Positions 38,251 to 51,174 are shown, counted from the first letter of the stretch. The stretch: 64,000 bases of DNA from Octopus vulgaris (GCA_951406725.2 OX597815.1:164796001-164860000); one strand, 5' to 3'. Program-made: numbers and translations. Notes: a model not told the origin generated them from the sequence alone.

Positions 38251-38684
38251 TAACCCCAGTCCTTTCTTCTCAGAATATTGACCTGCTGGTATTCCCTTTC
38301 TTCATGTGTATTTTCTTGATTCATAGACTTGCAACAAATGAAGATGAACGTGAATGTCATTAATCACATGGATCTCAGAGATCCTGTGAAAGTCAGAAGC
38401 ATACTCACTTCCACCATATCTAATTAAAAAAAAAAAGATCAGATAAAGTAATTCAAGATTACTTAATTAAAATATAAAATATAACCAATAATTTGATATT
38501 TAAATTATTAACCCTAGGCTCATTTCTGTTTACAAACTTGTAATTAAGTTGCTGTTTTTGTTTTCCCACTGATGAAATTTAAGACGCTAGTTCTAAAAGT
38601 ATTTAAATCACACGAAAATTAATGTAACTAAGATGCTTTTGTCATTAGGGTATATGTATTCAGTTGTAAATATTTGTTTTCTAG

Positions 38685-38823
38685 GTTCTGATAGCAAACA
38701 ATGGCATTGCAGCTGTTAAATGCATACGTTCTGTACGGCGATGGGCATATGAGATGTTCCGCAATGAAAGAGCCATTCGATTTGTTGTCATGGTTACCCC
38801 TGAAGATTTGAAAGCAAATGCTG
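38685..38823 (+). CDS. ACC: ACC exon [46 protein letters not shown]
   Basis: CTAG acceptor, G|GTAAGT donor; start of biotin carboxylase domain. Confidence 0.98.
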
Positions 38824-39191
38824 GTAAGTGTTTGTTTAATTTTGAATTTTAGCTAAAACTTTGCTTAGTCATAGATTTTTAGATTCCATCCTCACTAAAA
38901 TGTAAAATTTGTAACAATATCTCATCACACTGATAAAAATACTTTGTATGAATATATAGTGATATGAAGAAAGACTATTTATGATTTTCTCATCGCTTGC
39001 TCTTGGCACCTCCTATCCACCTCATATCTTTAAGGTCTACTCTAACACCTTATCAGTATTGTTTTTTTATTTCATTTTCCAGCTCTACCTAGCCACTTTC
39101 TGACCAGCCATAACAATCAGCTTCCTAAAAAATATATTACTGCTCTAATGTTTAAGAGTGTGCTTCTTTTTTGAATATATGAACTACTGAC

Positions 39192-39249
<58 letters not shown>

Positions 39250-39414
39250 ATATATAGGCGCAGGAGTGGACGTGTGGTAAGTAGCTTGCTTACCACATGG
39301 TTCCAGGTTCAGTCCCACTGTGTGGCACCATGGGCAAGTGTCTTCTACTATAGCTTTGGGCCGACCAAAGCCTTGTGGGTAGATTTGGTAGAGGGAAACT
39401 GAAAGAAGCCCGTC

Positions 39415-39464
<50 letters not shown>

Positions 39465-39949
39465 ATCATCATCATCATCATTTAACGTCCGCTTTCCATG
39501 CTAGCATGGGTTGGACGGTTCAACTGGGGTCTGGGGAGCCCGAAGGCTGCACCAGGCCAGTCAGATCTGGCAGTGTTTCTACAGCTGGATGCCCTTCCTA
39601 ACGCCAACCACTCCGAGAGTGTAGTGGGTGATTTTATGTGCCACCGACACAGGTGCCAGATGAGGCTGGCGAACGGCCACGCTCGGATGGTGTTTTTTAT
39701 GTGCCACCAACACAGGTGCCAGATGAGGCTGGCAGACGGCCACGCTCGGATGGTGCTTTTATGTGCCACTGACACAAGTGCCAGATGAGGCTGGCGAACG
39801 GCCACGATTGTTACGTGCCCACAGCACGGAGGCCAGTCAATGCGGTACTGGCTACGGCCACGTTCGGATGGTTTTCTTGTGTGCCACTGGCACTGGTACC
39901 ACAAAGATACAAATTCCATTGATGTTCATCTATTTTGATTTTTGATTTT

Positions 39950-40079
39950 CACTTGCCTCAACAGGTCTTCACAAGTGTCACACACTTGCCTCAACAGGTC
40001 TTCACAAGTGTCACACACTTGCCTCAACAGGTCTTCACAAGTGTCACACACTTGCCTCAACAGGTCTTCACAAGTGTCA
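39950..40079. repeat. 33-bp tandem repeat x4 inside an RTE 3' fragment
   Basis: Unit CACTTGCCTCAACAGGTCTTCACAAGTGTCACA, seen as THLPQQVFTSV repeats in the ORF track. Confidence 0.95.
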
Positions 40080-40579
40080 TAAGAAGGAAGGTATGCACAG
40101 GTGAACTGACTACGTCCCAGGTAGGGGCCACGGGTTATGGCCTGACTACGTCCCAGGTAGGGGCCACGGGTTATGGCCTGACTAGTGTTGCCGGGTCTTC
40201 GGATGGTGTTTTTATGTGCCACCGACACAGGTGCCAGATGAGGCTGGCGAACAGCCAAGATCGGATGGTGTTTGTTACGTGCCCACAGCACGGAGGCCAG
40301 TCGATGTGGTACTGACTACCGCCACGTTCGGATGGTTTTATATATATATATATATACATACATATATATGTGTATGTATGTTTGTGTGTGTGTTTGTCCC
40401 CACAACATCGCTTGACAACCGATGCTGGTGTGTTTACATCCCCATCACTTGGTGGTTCAGCAAGAGAGACTGATAGAATAAGAACTAGGCTTACAAAGAA
40501 TAAGTCCTGGGGTCGATTTGCTTGACTAATGGTGGTGCTCCAGCATGGCCGCAGTCAAATGACTGAAACAAATAAAAAG

Positions 40580-40671
<92 letters not shown>

Positions 40672-40803
40672 GATTAAAGGGTGTATTAACCTCATGAAGG
40701 GATGGTTCAATACCTAGTATTTTGGGGGAATTAATTTCCTTAAAATAATAGGTATCTATATAAAAACATTTATATTCATGTAAAAGAAGAAAAAAAAAAA
40801 CTA

Positions 40804-41211
40804 GAGATTGGGAAGTTAATAATTGCTTATTATTAACAGCAAATTAATCATCACTTACAGCCATTTCAAATAATGCTCAATAAACATGAAATTTACATTA
40901 ATGTGATATGAGCCCAATATCATCAGAGGAAAAAGATATACATTTTTTGGATATTATATGTGTGTTTATGAATTCATTTTAGCAGACTGAATGTTATGGT
41001 TTATGTTTTGTATTGTTATATGCAGTCTGCTAAAATGAAATCATAAGCAAACATATAATATCCCAAAAATGTATATCTTTTTCCTCTGATGATATTGTGC
41101 TCATGTCACATTAATGTAAATTTCATGTTTATTGAGCATTGATTGAAACGGTTGTAAGTGAAGATGATTAGTTTGCTGTTAATAATAAATTATTATTAAC
41201 TTCCCAATCTC
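40804..41211. repeat. Foldback element or long-TIR MITE, arms about 190 bp
   Basis: GAGATTGGGAAGTTAATAAT...TTTTAGCAGACTG is the reverse complement of CAGTCTGCTAAAA...ATTATTAACTTCCCAATCTC. Confidence 0.9.
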
Positions 41212-42647
41212 CATTTTCTTTTTCTTCTTCTATATGTGTTTGTGTATATATATATATATATATCGAAATCGAATTGAACCAGCCAGGATCCCTGGTCTGG
41301 TGGTACGTAAAAAGCACTATCCGACTCGTGGCCAATGCCAGCGCCGCCTCGACTGGCTTCTGTGCCGGTGGCACATAAAATACACCAATCCGACCGTGGC
41401 CGTTGCCAGCCTCGCCTGGCACCTGTGCAGGTGGCATGTAAAAAGCACCCACTACACTCACGGAGTGGTTGGTGTTAGGAAGGGCATCCAGCTGTAGAAA
41501 CATTGCCAGATAAGACTGGAGCCTGGTGCAGCCTTCTGGCTTCCCAGATCCCCGGTCGAACTGTCCAACCCATGCTAGCATGGAGAACAGACGTTAAACG
41601 ATGATGATGATGATGATGATGATATATATATGCATATATGGGTACAGGACATCACCAACGGTAAACAACATGAAATATGAATATAAATGAGTTCAATACG
41701 CAAACAATGAGAGAAATAAATGGAAAACAGGACAAGTAACATAAAAAACAACCCTTCATCAGTTGTCGGCTGTCTATCTACTCCTCATCTTGAGCATTGA
41801 ACGACAATACGAGTCTTTGAAGACAGTTGCTCCCATAAGTACCAAAATAAAATTTTGGATGTATGAAGGGTCAAAGTCGGGAACAAAAACAGGACAGTGG
41901 AGGCATAGAAGGAAACCAAACAAAAACAAAGACGGAGGGTTGTTAGACCAGAATGAGGGTAATATGGCAAACGCTGGAGAAATATTTTCTCTGAAAAGAG
42001 AAAAGATAGAAGAGAGAAGTAGCATATGTCCAGTCCTTAGGACAGTCCTGATGGAAAAGAGAGATGGACGATGGTCACATGTGAGCAACAAGAGAGAGAG
42101 AGAGAGAGAGGGAGAGAGAGTTAGATAGAAAACGGTGAAGGGGAGAAAAAGATGAGGGATATTCTTTTCCTCACGTGATCAGCTTTCTTTTCCTCACATG
42201 ATCATCTTTCTTTTCCTTCAGGACTGTCCTAAGGACTGGACATATGCTACTTCTCTCTTCTATCTTTGGCTAATGCATTTGGGAGTGTTTTATGGTGCTG
42301 GGGGATTGAATATCAGTATGTCCAATATATATGTATATAACTACATGTATGTTGTTGGCAATTTCCATCTTTGGACTTTTTCCCTTTCTACTTCCCGATG
42401 AAGAGCTATGTTCGAAATGTCAAACTCTCTCCTTTCATCGAACGTCAAGCTAATACATTTCTTGTGCATGTCCTCACATTTGTTTTTCTCATTTTTTTTA
42501 TTCATTTACTTGAATTATTTGTTTATTTGAATTGACTATATATTTATATAATTAGACTTGACACTTGAAAATTTTCAAGCTGAGGAGAAATAAAAAGTTG
42601 TGATGTTCATGATACTGTTTACAAACTTAGTTTGTTATATATTTTAG

Positions 42648-42757
42648 AATACATACGTATGGGTGACCAGTATGTTCCAGTTCAAGGAGGAACAAATCAT
42701 AATAATTATGCCAATGTAGAACTTATTTTGGACATTGCTAAACGGACACAGGTGCAA
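42648..42757 (+). CDS. ACC: ACC exon [37 protein letters not shown]
   Basis: TTTTAG acceptor, CAA|GTAAGT donor; NNYANVELI motif. Confidence 0.97.
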
Positions 42758-43820
42758 GTAAGTAGTAAATTATTTGGATATGCGTTTGGTGTGGATCTTT
42801 GATCAGGTGTATTGGTTTGGCTAAGCTAATGCATTTGGGAGTGTTTTATGGTTCTGGGGGATTGAATATCAGTATGTTCAATACCATCCCCTGTTATATG
42901 GGCAGCATGGTACAGTGAGTAGTAGAGAACCATTACAGTCTTTAGTTCTCTCCTTAATCAGAGAGAAATAAGGCTTGCAGTGGATCTCTCCTGCTCAAAG
43001 TGGATGTGTGTATTTATGGGTTCACCAAAGCCTTGTGTGTAGATTTAGTAGATGGAAACTGAAAGAAGTCCATTGTTTGTTTGTTTGTTTGTTTGTTTGT
43101 GTGTGTGTGATGTAGGTGAGTGTCAATATCATACAGGCAGTGTAATTGATTTGGTAGGAAGTTTGCTTCCCGGCCACATGGTTCTGGGTTCAGTTCCTGT
43201 GCGTGGCACTTTGGGCAAATATCTTCTATAGCTTTGAGCTGACCAAAGCCTTGTGAATGGATTTGGTAGATGGAAACTAGAAGAATCCCATTGTATATGT
43301 GTATAGATGTATCTTTGTGTGTGTCTTTGTGTCTGTGTTTGTCCTCTACCAATGCTGGTGTGCTTACATTTCAGTAACTTAGCAGTTCAGCAAAAGAGAC
43401 CGATAGAATATGTACCAGGCTTTAAAAAAAATAACAAGAACTGGGGTTGATTCATTTGGCTAAATATTTTTCAAAGTGGTGCCCCAGTATGGCCGCAGTC
43501 ATTAGTAAAAAATATCTGGAAATGGGGAAATATTATAGTGCTTAGAAACAGGTGAGGGTTGCTTACAGGAAGGGCATCTGGTTGTAGAAAATTTTTTCTT
43601 CAATAAACTGTCCAACCCGCACAAGCATAGAAAAGTGGGTGTTAAAACAATGACATTGATTATGATGATGATGATTATTGTGTATGTGTGAGTTAGTGGT
43701 TATTTTTTGGAGAGAGGTGATAGTTTTTTTTTTACATACTTGTAATTTTTCTTATTTTTGTAATGAGTACTTTTTTTTCATTATATTGTAATTTCTTACC
43801 TCTTTATTGTTAATTTTCAG

Positions 43821-43902
43821 GCCGTTTGGGCTGGTTGGGGCCATGCTTCAGAAAATCCTCGACTTCCAGAGCTTCTTCATAAACACGGAATAACATTCAT
43901 TG
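43821..43902 (+). CDS. ACC: ACC exon [28 protein letters not shown]
   Basis: TTTCAG acceptor, G|GTAAAT donor. Confidence 0.98.
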
Positions 43903-46211
43903 GTAAATATCTTAGAGATTTTAGACACAATCATTAAAGAAATTTAATCACTATAAGCTATATTGTGGGTAGACAAACACAGCATAATCACATGCATACA
44001 TACACACACATGCGCATGCGCACACATGATGACCTTCTTTCAGTTTTCCTCCAAATCCACTCACAAAACTTTGGTCAACCCAGAGCTTTAATAGCAGACA
44101 CTTTCCCAAGATATCACATTATCAATGAAAAATATTTTCATTAACAGTTCAACATCTTCATACATGTTATATTTTTAAGATTGCTAATGCGTTTTCTCAG
44201 TGATAAATTTTGCTGATATAATAAATGTTTTGTCTTTGTCACACACATTCTTCCTTCTCCACAACTACATTTTTTTGTACTTGCTAAGTCTGAATGAAGA
44301 GGCAGTGTCTATCACCTTTACAGTCTCTCCGAGACTAGTGAGTTTGAGGCTGTTAATGTTTAAACTATTGCAAGTCAATACTTGCAGGAAAGATATCTGC
44401 AATGCATATGATATCACCTTTTACTTTTCCTTAGCCTTCTGTTGGTACATATCATCCATGTGCAATATAGATATCGCATGCCATGCCTGACATGCATAGC
44501 ATCTATGAAAGGATCTCGAAGCTTTCATAATGTGAAAATAAAAAGCTAGCTTCTTCATTCAACAGCAGTAAGACATGCTTTGTTTTTTGACTTTCTACAA
44601 AGTACAACTGCAATCCACGTAAGAGTATTAGTTGTGTATATGTGGAAACTACTACATTCTCAGACATTTTGAACTGCTTTCAAGTGAAGACTGATAGATA
44701 ATCTTTTATATATCAACATACTATAACCACTGATATGCTGTGTCTTCTCTCTTTCACTGAAACTACAATTGTCTTTGTTCTTCTGAACTAGCAAACCATG
44801 CACTATTTCACTCAAATCCATTTGATGCACTCATGTAATTTCCTCTCGCCATCTGCATTCTGTCTGTGCCTCAGCCCTGCAAGCTCTATAATTAAACACT
44901 ATGCCCAAATAAATGATTCAAGCTAATTATCATCTGCATGAACCTTATTAGTTTGGTATGGTCAGCAAATACTGTGGACACTATACTCATCATCCAACTG
45001 AATAATAGTAATTAAAAAGATCATTATGATTTGAGTATCATTAGTATTTCAGTAATGATTATTCAACATTGTGTTGACCAAGATAAATTGTCATCATTTT
45101 AATGTTGATTTTTATGGCTGGATCCCCTTCCTAACACCAACTACCCTGCAGAGTGGACTAAGCTTTTTATTTGGCCCCAAAACTGACCTTGCCTTTGCTG
45201 CTGCCCGTAAAAACTCTCAGTCCACTCTGTGGGGTGGTTGGTGTTAGGAAGGGCATCCAGCTGTAAAGATAATGCCAAAACAGACACAAAAATCTGATGC
45301 AGTCTTTTGCCTGGCCAGCTCCTGTCAAACTGTCCAACCCATGTCAGCATAGAAGGCAAACGTTAAACAATGATAATATGTTGACCAAAATAAATCATCA
45401 TCATTTTAATGTCCACTTTTCCTTGATTGCATGAGCAGGTTAGAAAGAATTCATTGAATTGAATTGTATTTTCTATAACTGCATGCCTTTCTGGTTGCAA
45501 GCCAGTTTTTCAAGTAAATTAATAGCTCTCCTTGGCCTTCATGGAAGACTTGAAAAGAATTACACTGCTTGTATGACAGTGATGCTCACTTACAACTATC
45601 ACAAGGAAACACAAACTCACAAACACATACACAATTGCAATGGGCTTCTTTCAGTTTCTGTCTATCAGATCCAATCAGAAGACTTTGGTTGGCTTGGGGC
45701 TATAGTAGAAGACACTTGTCCTCAGTGGAACTGTACCTGAAACTATGTGGTTGGGAAGCAAATTTCCTAACCACTCAACCCTGTCTGCTCCTATTATATA
45801 AAATGATAAATGATATTCTGTTGTTTGATACTTCTACTTTAAACCTCAAAATTATTTATAATCATTCTCTTCAGCATGGGTAATTTGATGTGAATGACAT
45901 ATATTTGGTACTTCACAGTTGTGGCCTTAATCTTAATGGTCTTGATGAAATAAAAAATACAAGAAAAAGTTAGTGAAGTCATTGTGAATTGACTTCAGTA
46001 TCTTTTAAAATAGGCCTTATGTGTTGTTAAAGTTATTTTTTGATTGGATTATTTTTCAAAAATTAGGTAATGTAGTGACTGTAATTAATTTTATGCATGA
46101 AGAAAGTAATTAAAGTATACCAGTGATTTGTATTTCATATTAATTTCACAAGATATTCAAACGGTTATTTTATATTCTTTTGGATGCTAAACAATAAATT
46201 GTTTATTACAG

Positions 46212-46310
46212 GACCACCAGAAGGGGCCATGTGGGCCCTTGGAGATAAGATAGCATCAACCATTGTGGCACAGACTGCTGGTGTTCCCACTCTCCCTTGG
46301 AGTGGAACAA
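46212..46310 (+). CDS. ACC: ACC exon [32 protein letters not shown]
   Basis: ACAG acceptor, A|GTAAAT donor; [10 protein letters not shown] motif. Confidence 0.97.
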
Positions 46311-47842
46311 GTAAATTTATTTAATCATATTTCTTAATTTTTCATTGCAAATGGAATAGATTTTTATAGATTTAAGAAGAAAATAAACTTAATATTTTCT
46401 CATACTAGAACAGCAAGATGGCAGAATTGTTAGCATGCCAGGAAAAATGCTTATCAGCATTAATGTCATCTTTACGTTCTGAGCTCAAATTTTGCTGCGG
46501 TTGACTTCACATTTCAACTTTCTGGGGTTGATAAAATAAGTACCAGTTGAGCACTGGGGTCAATGTAATTGACTTGTCTCCTCTTTTGAAATTGCTGGCC
46601 TTGTGCCAAAATTCGAAACCAATATTTTCTCATACTAGTTCCTTATTTAAGAGTTTAATGAAGTTAGTACCGATTAAGAAACTTTCTGGATATGATCTAT
46701 AGGAAGTTCCTAACTAAATGCTAATATAACTTAATGAAATAAAATTTACATGAATATCAGTAATTGATGACATGAACCTAAGTATTAGTGAGCATAGTTT
46801 TTGTGATGTAGCTTTGATTTTTCAGATGTATGTACTGTTTTGGGGAGAATTAATGTCACACTTCCATGTTTTCTGTTATGAATAAATTTGAGGCTTCTAA
46901 TAGAATTAAACGAATCAAATAATTCATATGGTTACTGCTGGGAATCTTAGCTTTGCAAGCAATTAACTTATTAGATATATACCAGATTTTGTAGCGTGCT
47001 AGTCAAATTTTCCTGACCTAAATTTACTACTAAAATGGGTAGGTTGACTTATATGCCAAGATGACTAGAGGACCAAAAAAACCATGTGAAATGCAGCAGA
47101 ATTTAGAAAGATAGTGACGATGTTTGAATGTTTATACTACATGCTTACACTATTTACTATCTCAGTTTATATGCCAGAAAATATAATAATAGTAAAGAAC
47201 TTATTGCATACAGTGCTCAGGTGCAGTACAATTCATCTGAAAAAGTAATCAAAACTGCATGAATAATACATAGAACATGCACAGGAAGTGAACATTGAAT
47301 AAGTCTTAAAAAAAAACAGCATTGAGGTCATTAGGTGTAATGCTGGTGAATTTTTGGTATACTTTTTTATAGCATGAAATGTTTCTACCTTCGTTGGAAA
47401 GGATTATAACAGAAAAATGCATTGGAGACTAGGCACTTGTTTTATAAATAACTTGAGTGTTCAGATTACTCTGTCAAATGTAATGCATATTTATTTATAT
47501 TGTTTTGAGTTAACCATGCATTACCTCATAGCTTTGAGATTTCAATGAGGTGGCTATTTATTTTTAGAATGTTAATGTAGGGTAGGTATGAGAGTTTAGA
47601 TATGGCCAGTTTGAATATAAAACAGGTAGAATATTTGGGCTAGATATAGCCAGTTTAAATGCTAAAGAGTTAAATCTTTTGCAAATTTTTTAAAAATTAT
47701 AATTAGTGATAAACACAATGTTCAGAAACATTTGTTAGAATATACAATTTTTTTTTTTTTTTTGCTGCATTGATTGCTAAATAATAGTGAAAGTGTGTAT
47801 ATTTAATTTTTAAATTAAAGACTAAAACCATTCTTTTTATAG

Positions 47843-48063
47843 GTTTAAGTCTACAGAAGAGTGAAATAGAACGAAATAAGGGCCAAACACAAATGGTACC
47901 TAAAGACCTATATAATAAAGGATGCATTCAGACTGTGGATGAGGCCTTACAAGTGGCTTACAAGATTGGTTTTCCTGTCATGATCAAAGCATCAGAAGGT
48001 GGGGGTGGACGTGGCATCAGAAAAGCAAATAATGCTGATGATTTTCTAAATTTATTCAGACAG
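47843..48063 (+). CDS. ACC: ACC exon with ATP-grasp loop ([21 protein letters not shown]...LFRQ)
   Basis: ATAG acceptor, CAG|GTTAGT donor; overlaps ORF 47893-48144. Confidence 0.97.
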
Positions 48064-49393
48064 GTTAGTATAATTATTTGTTTAAAAAAACAGAAAAAAA
48101 CCCATTTTGGTGGCATGATTTTTATATCAAATTTTTCATGTTAGAAATAGGTAGGAATGTTTTGAGTTGGAACAAACATGAGGTGGTGATGGTGGTGATT
48201 ATGAATGCTCAATAGCAGCACCTGAAGGGACACAACTTGAGTACAGTCGTTTGGCTCCTCAACAGCAATGTACACATGAGTGTAAACTAACCATCATCAT
48301 CATCATCATCATTGTTTAATGTTCGCTTTCCATGCTAGCATGGGTTGGACGATTTGACTGAAGACTGGCGAACCAGATGGCTGCACCAGGCTCCAATCTT
48401 GATCTGGCAGAGTTTCTACAACTGGATGCCCTTCCTAACGCCAACCACTCCGAGAGTGTAGTGGGTGCTTTTACGTGCCAGTCAGGTGGTACTGGCAACG
48501 GCCACGCTCAAATTATGTTTTTTATGTGCCACTTGCACAGTAGCCAATCTAGCAGCACTGGCAATGACCTCGCTCGAATGTTTTTTCACATGCCACTGGC
48601 ACAAGTGCCAGTAAGGTGACGCTGGTAACGATCACGTTTGAATGGTGTTTTTACGTGCCACCGGCACAGAAGCCAGTTAGCCGCTCTGGCAATGATCACG
48701 CTCGGATGGTACTCTTAGCGCTCCACTATCACGGATGCCACTCATTGAATTTGATTTCGATTTCATTTGCCTTAACAGGTCTTCGTAATCAGAGTTTAGT
48801 GTCCAATGAAGGAAAGGTATGCATAAGTGGGTTGGTTATACCCCTGGCATAGGCCACAAGGTTATGGTCCCATTTGGCTTGCTGGGTCTTCTCAAGCACA
48901 GCATATTTCCAAAAGTCTCGGTCACTAGTCATTGCCTCCAACCATAAATAGAAGTGCAATTTGTTTTCAATTTGGCCAGCAGGAAGGCTTAACACATTGG
49001 CTATATTAACTATTTGACTCTCTTACCATGACAGTCAGATATATCCACTCAAAATTTCATTATCTTTAACTGTGAAGAGCAGTTTTATATACTTGTTTAT
49101 CTTTTGCATTGGAAATGACATGTTTGAAATTTTTTTCCTAGAGATGTGTCAAAAATTTATTGAGGCCACATGACTTGTAGAAAATACCAGTTCCATTTTT
49201 TGGTAGATATTTGATATTATCATTAGAATAACTATGAAATTTAATTTTGTAGTGAAAGGGTTAACATTTACAGTTCCTCAACATTATAACTATATAATCT
49301 AATTATTAGTTTTAAAAAAAAGGGTCATAAAATTTTGGATTTGTTGAAAATATTTCATATGAAATGTATTCACCTTTATAAAATCTGTTAGAC

Positions 49394-49772
49394 TATCTAT
49401 CTATCTATCCGCTCAGTTGAAGTTAACTCTCGGTTACTCTATGGATCAGTGTACTCCAGCCAGTTCTTTCCTGGGTCGCTTCTTTCAGATTGGCTATGGC
49501 CATTCCCGTGTCACTCTTGATGGTGTCAAGCCAGCGGGTTCTTGGTCGGCCTCTTCCTCTCTTGCCACTGACCATTCCGAGCATTGATGTCTTTCTCCAG
49601 GGATTTTCTCCACGTAATATGACCAAAATATGTCAATCTATGCTTGGTGACCCTAGCTTCTAGCAACAGTTTCGGCTTGATCTGGTTAAGAAATTCTCCA
49701 TTGGTGAGCCTCGCTGTCCATGGAATCCGTAAAAGTCTTCTCTAACACCAAAGCTCGAATGCATTAATTCTC
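49394..49772 (-). mobile_element. RTE-BovB-like LINE 3' fragment with (GATA)n tail
   Basis: Translates to INAFELWC*RRLLRIPWTAR...GKRGRGRPRTRWLD...LIHRVTES; candidate TSD TTAGAC at 49388-49393 and 49773-49778. Confidence 0.88.
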
Positions 49773-49996
49773 TTAGACAGTATTCCTAATTAAAAGAGTT
49801 TAATTACAAATAGGACTGAATGAGTACTTAAATCTAGAAAACATTCTTATTAAATGTATTATTTTTTCCATGTATTGTAAAAAGTTTTTCTCATTCTTAA
49901 GTAGGATTAAGATAAGTTGCCATTTTAAATGTAATTTTTATCCAAAAACATCACAAATATAACTAGATTGAATAAAAAAATATGTTTTATTTTTAG

Positions 49997-50206
49997 GTAC
50001 AAAGTGAAGTGCCTGGCTCACCAATATTTGTCATGAAACTTGCAATGGCTGCTCGTCATCTTGAGGTTCAGATATTAGCTGACAACTATGGCAATGCAAT
50101 CTCTCTGTTCGGCAGAGACTGTTCAATTCAAAGGCGTCATCAAAAAATCATTGAAGAAGCACCTGTTGTTGTTGCAAAGCCAGAAACATTTGAAGAAATG
50201 GAAAAG
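49997..50206 (+). CDS. ACC: ACC exon [15 protein letters not shown]...[17 protein letters not shown]...EEMEK, ending at a GC donor
   Basis: TTTTAG acceptor. Frame continuity with exon 51004 needs a phase 0 donor, AAG|GCAGGT at 50207. Confidence 0.93.
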
Positions 50207-51003
50207 GCAGGTGTAATTTTTCCTTCACAAAATATATTTTACTTTTGTACAAATGATATTTCCTTTTCAAAAGAGTTCTGTTTGAGAATAGTTTCTGTTC
50301 CATATTAACTTTGAACTGTGTGATATTGGTTTCAAATTTTGGCACAAGGCCAGGAATTTTGATGAGAGGTTAAGTTGATACATCAACCCCAGTACTCGAC
50401 TGTTACTCATTTTATCGACCCTGAAGGGATGAAAGTTCAAGTTGACCTCTGTGGAATTCGAACTCAGAACGTAAAATGCTCCAAGGCATTTTGCCCAACC
50501 TACTAAGGATTCTGCTAGCTTGCTGTTTTTGAACTGCTTTATATTGAACTTGAAACACAGGAGTTTTTCAGGAAGTGTATTGCAGTAAAGCTGTTTTTTT
50601 TCTCTTTGTCATAACAATGTTTAGTAACAATTCCTGTCAGCTAACAGTATTGAAGTGTGTAGTCGTGACGTTTCAGTAAAATAAATTATTCAGAGAAACC
50701 ATCTATTTGAAAAAATATAGTTAAGTTAGTGTTAATATATTAATGTAATGAGCTTTAAAAATCCATTTAGAAGTTTTCATGCAATGTAGAAAAGGCAATT
50801 TTAGTCAATGAACTATAATTATTTTAACAACTCTGGCAAGTACAGAAAACAGCTTTGGATATGTTTCAGTCTTATGAGACCTCTTCAGTGAAACCATATT
50901 ATTCAAGTAAATGATATCAAACTGTAGCAAATGTATGCGTACTTTGTGCAGTATCAAATCTTCAATGCGATAAAATTTACTTATTATTAACATTTGCTTC
51001 TAG

Positions 51004-51174
51004 GCTGCTGTGACATTAGCAAAAATGGTTGGTTATGTGAGTGCAGGAACAGTGGAATACCTATATTGTGAAGATGACTCATTCTACTTTCTTGAATTAA
51101 ATCCACGGTTACAAGTGGAACATCCATGTACAGAGATGATTGCAGATGTTAACCTTCCCGCCGCCCAATTGCAG
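51004..51174 (+). CDS. ACC: ACC exon [21 protein letters not shown]...[29 protein letters not shown]
   Basis: CTAG acceptor, CAG|GTAAAA donor; catalytic [11 protein letters not shown] motif. Confidence 0.98.

Noticed and set aside
39935-40315. ORFs with repeated peptides (THLPQQVFTSV / QVCDTCEDLLR) and a CRISPR-like look
   Set aside because: Contiguous 33-bp tandem units with no unique spacers, inside an RTE 3' UTR in a eukaryotic intron; no cas genes
50211-50216. Canonical GT donor as the normal exon end
   Set aside because: Frameshifts relative to exon 51004; kept only as a possible unproductive alternative
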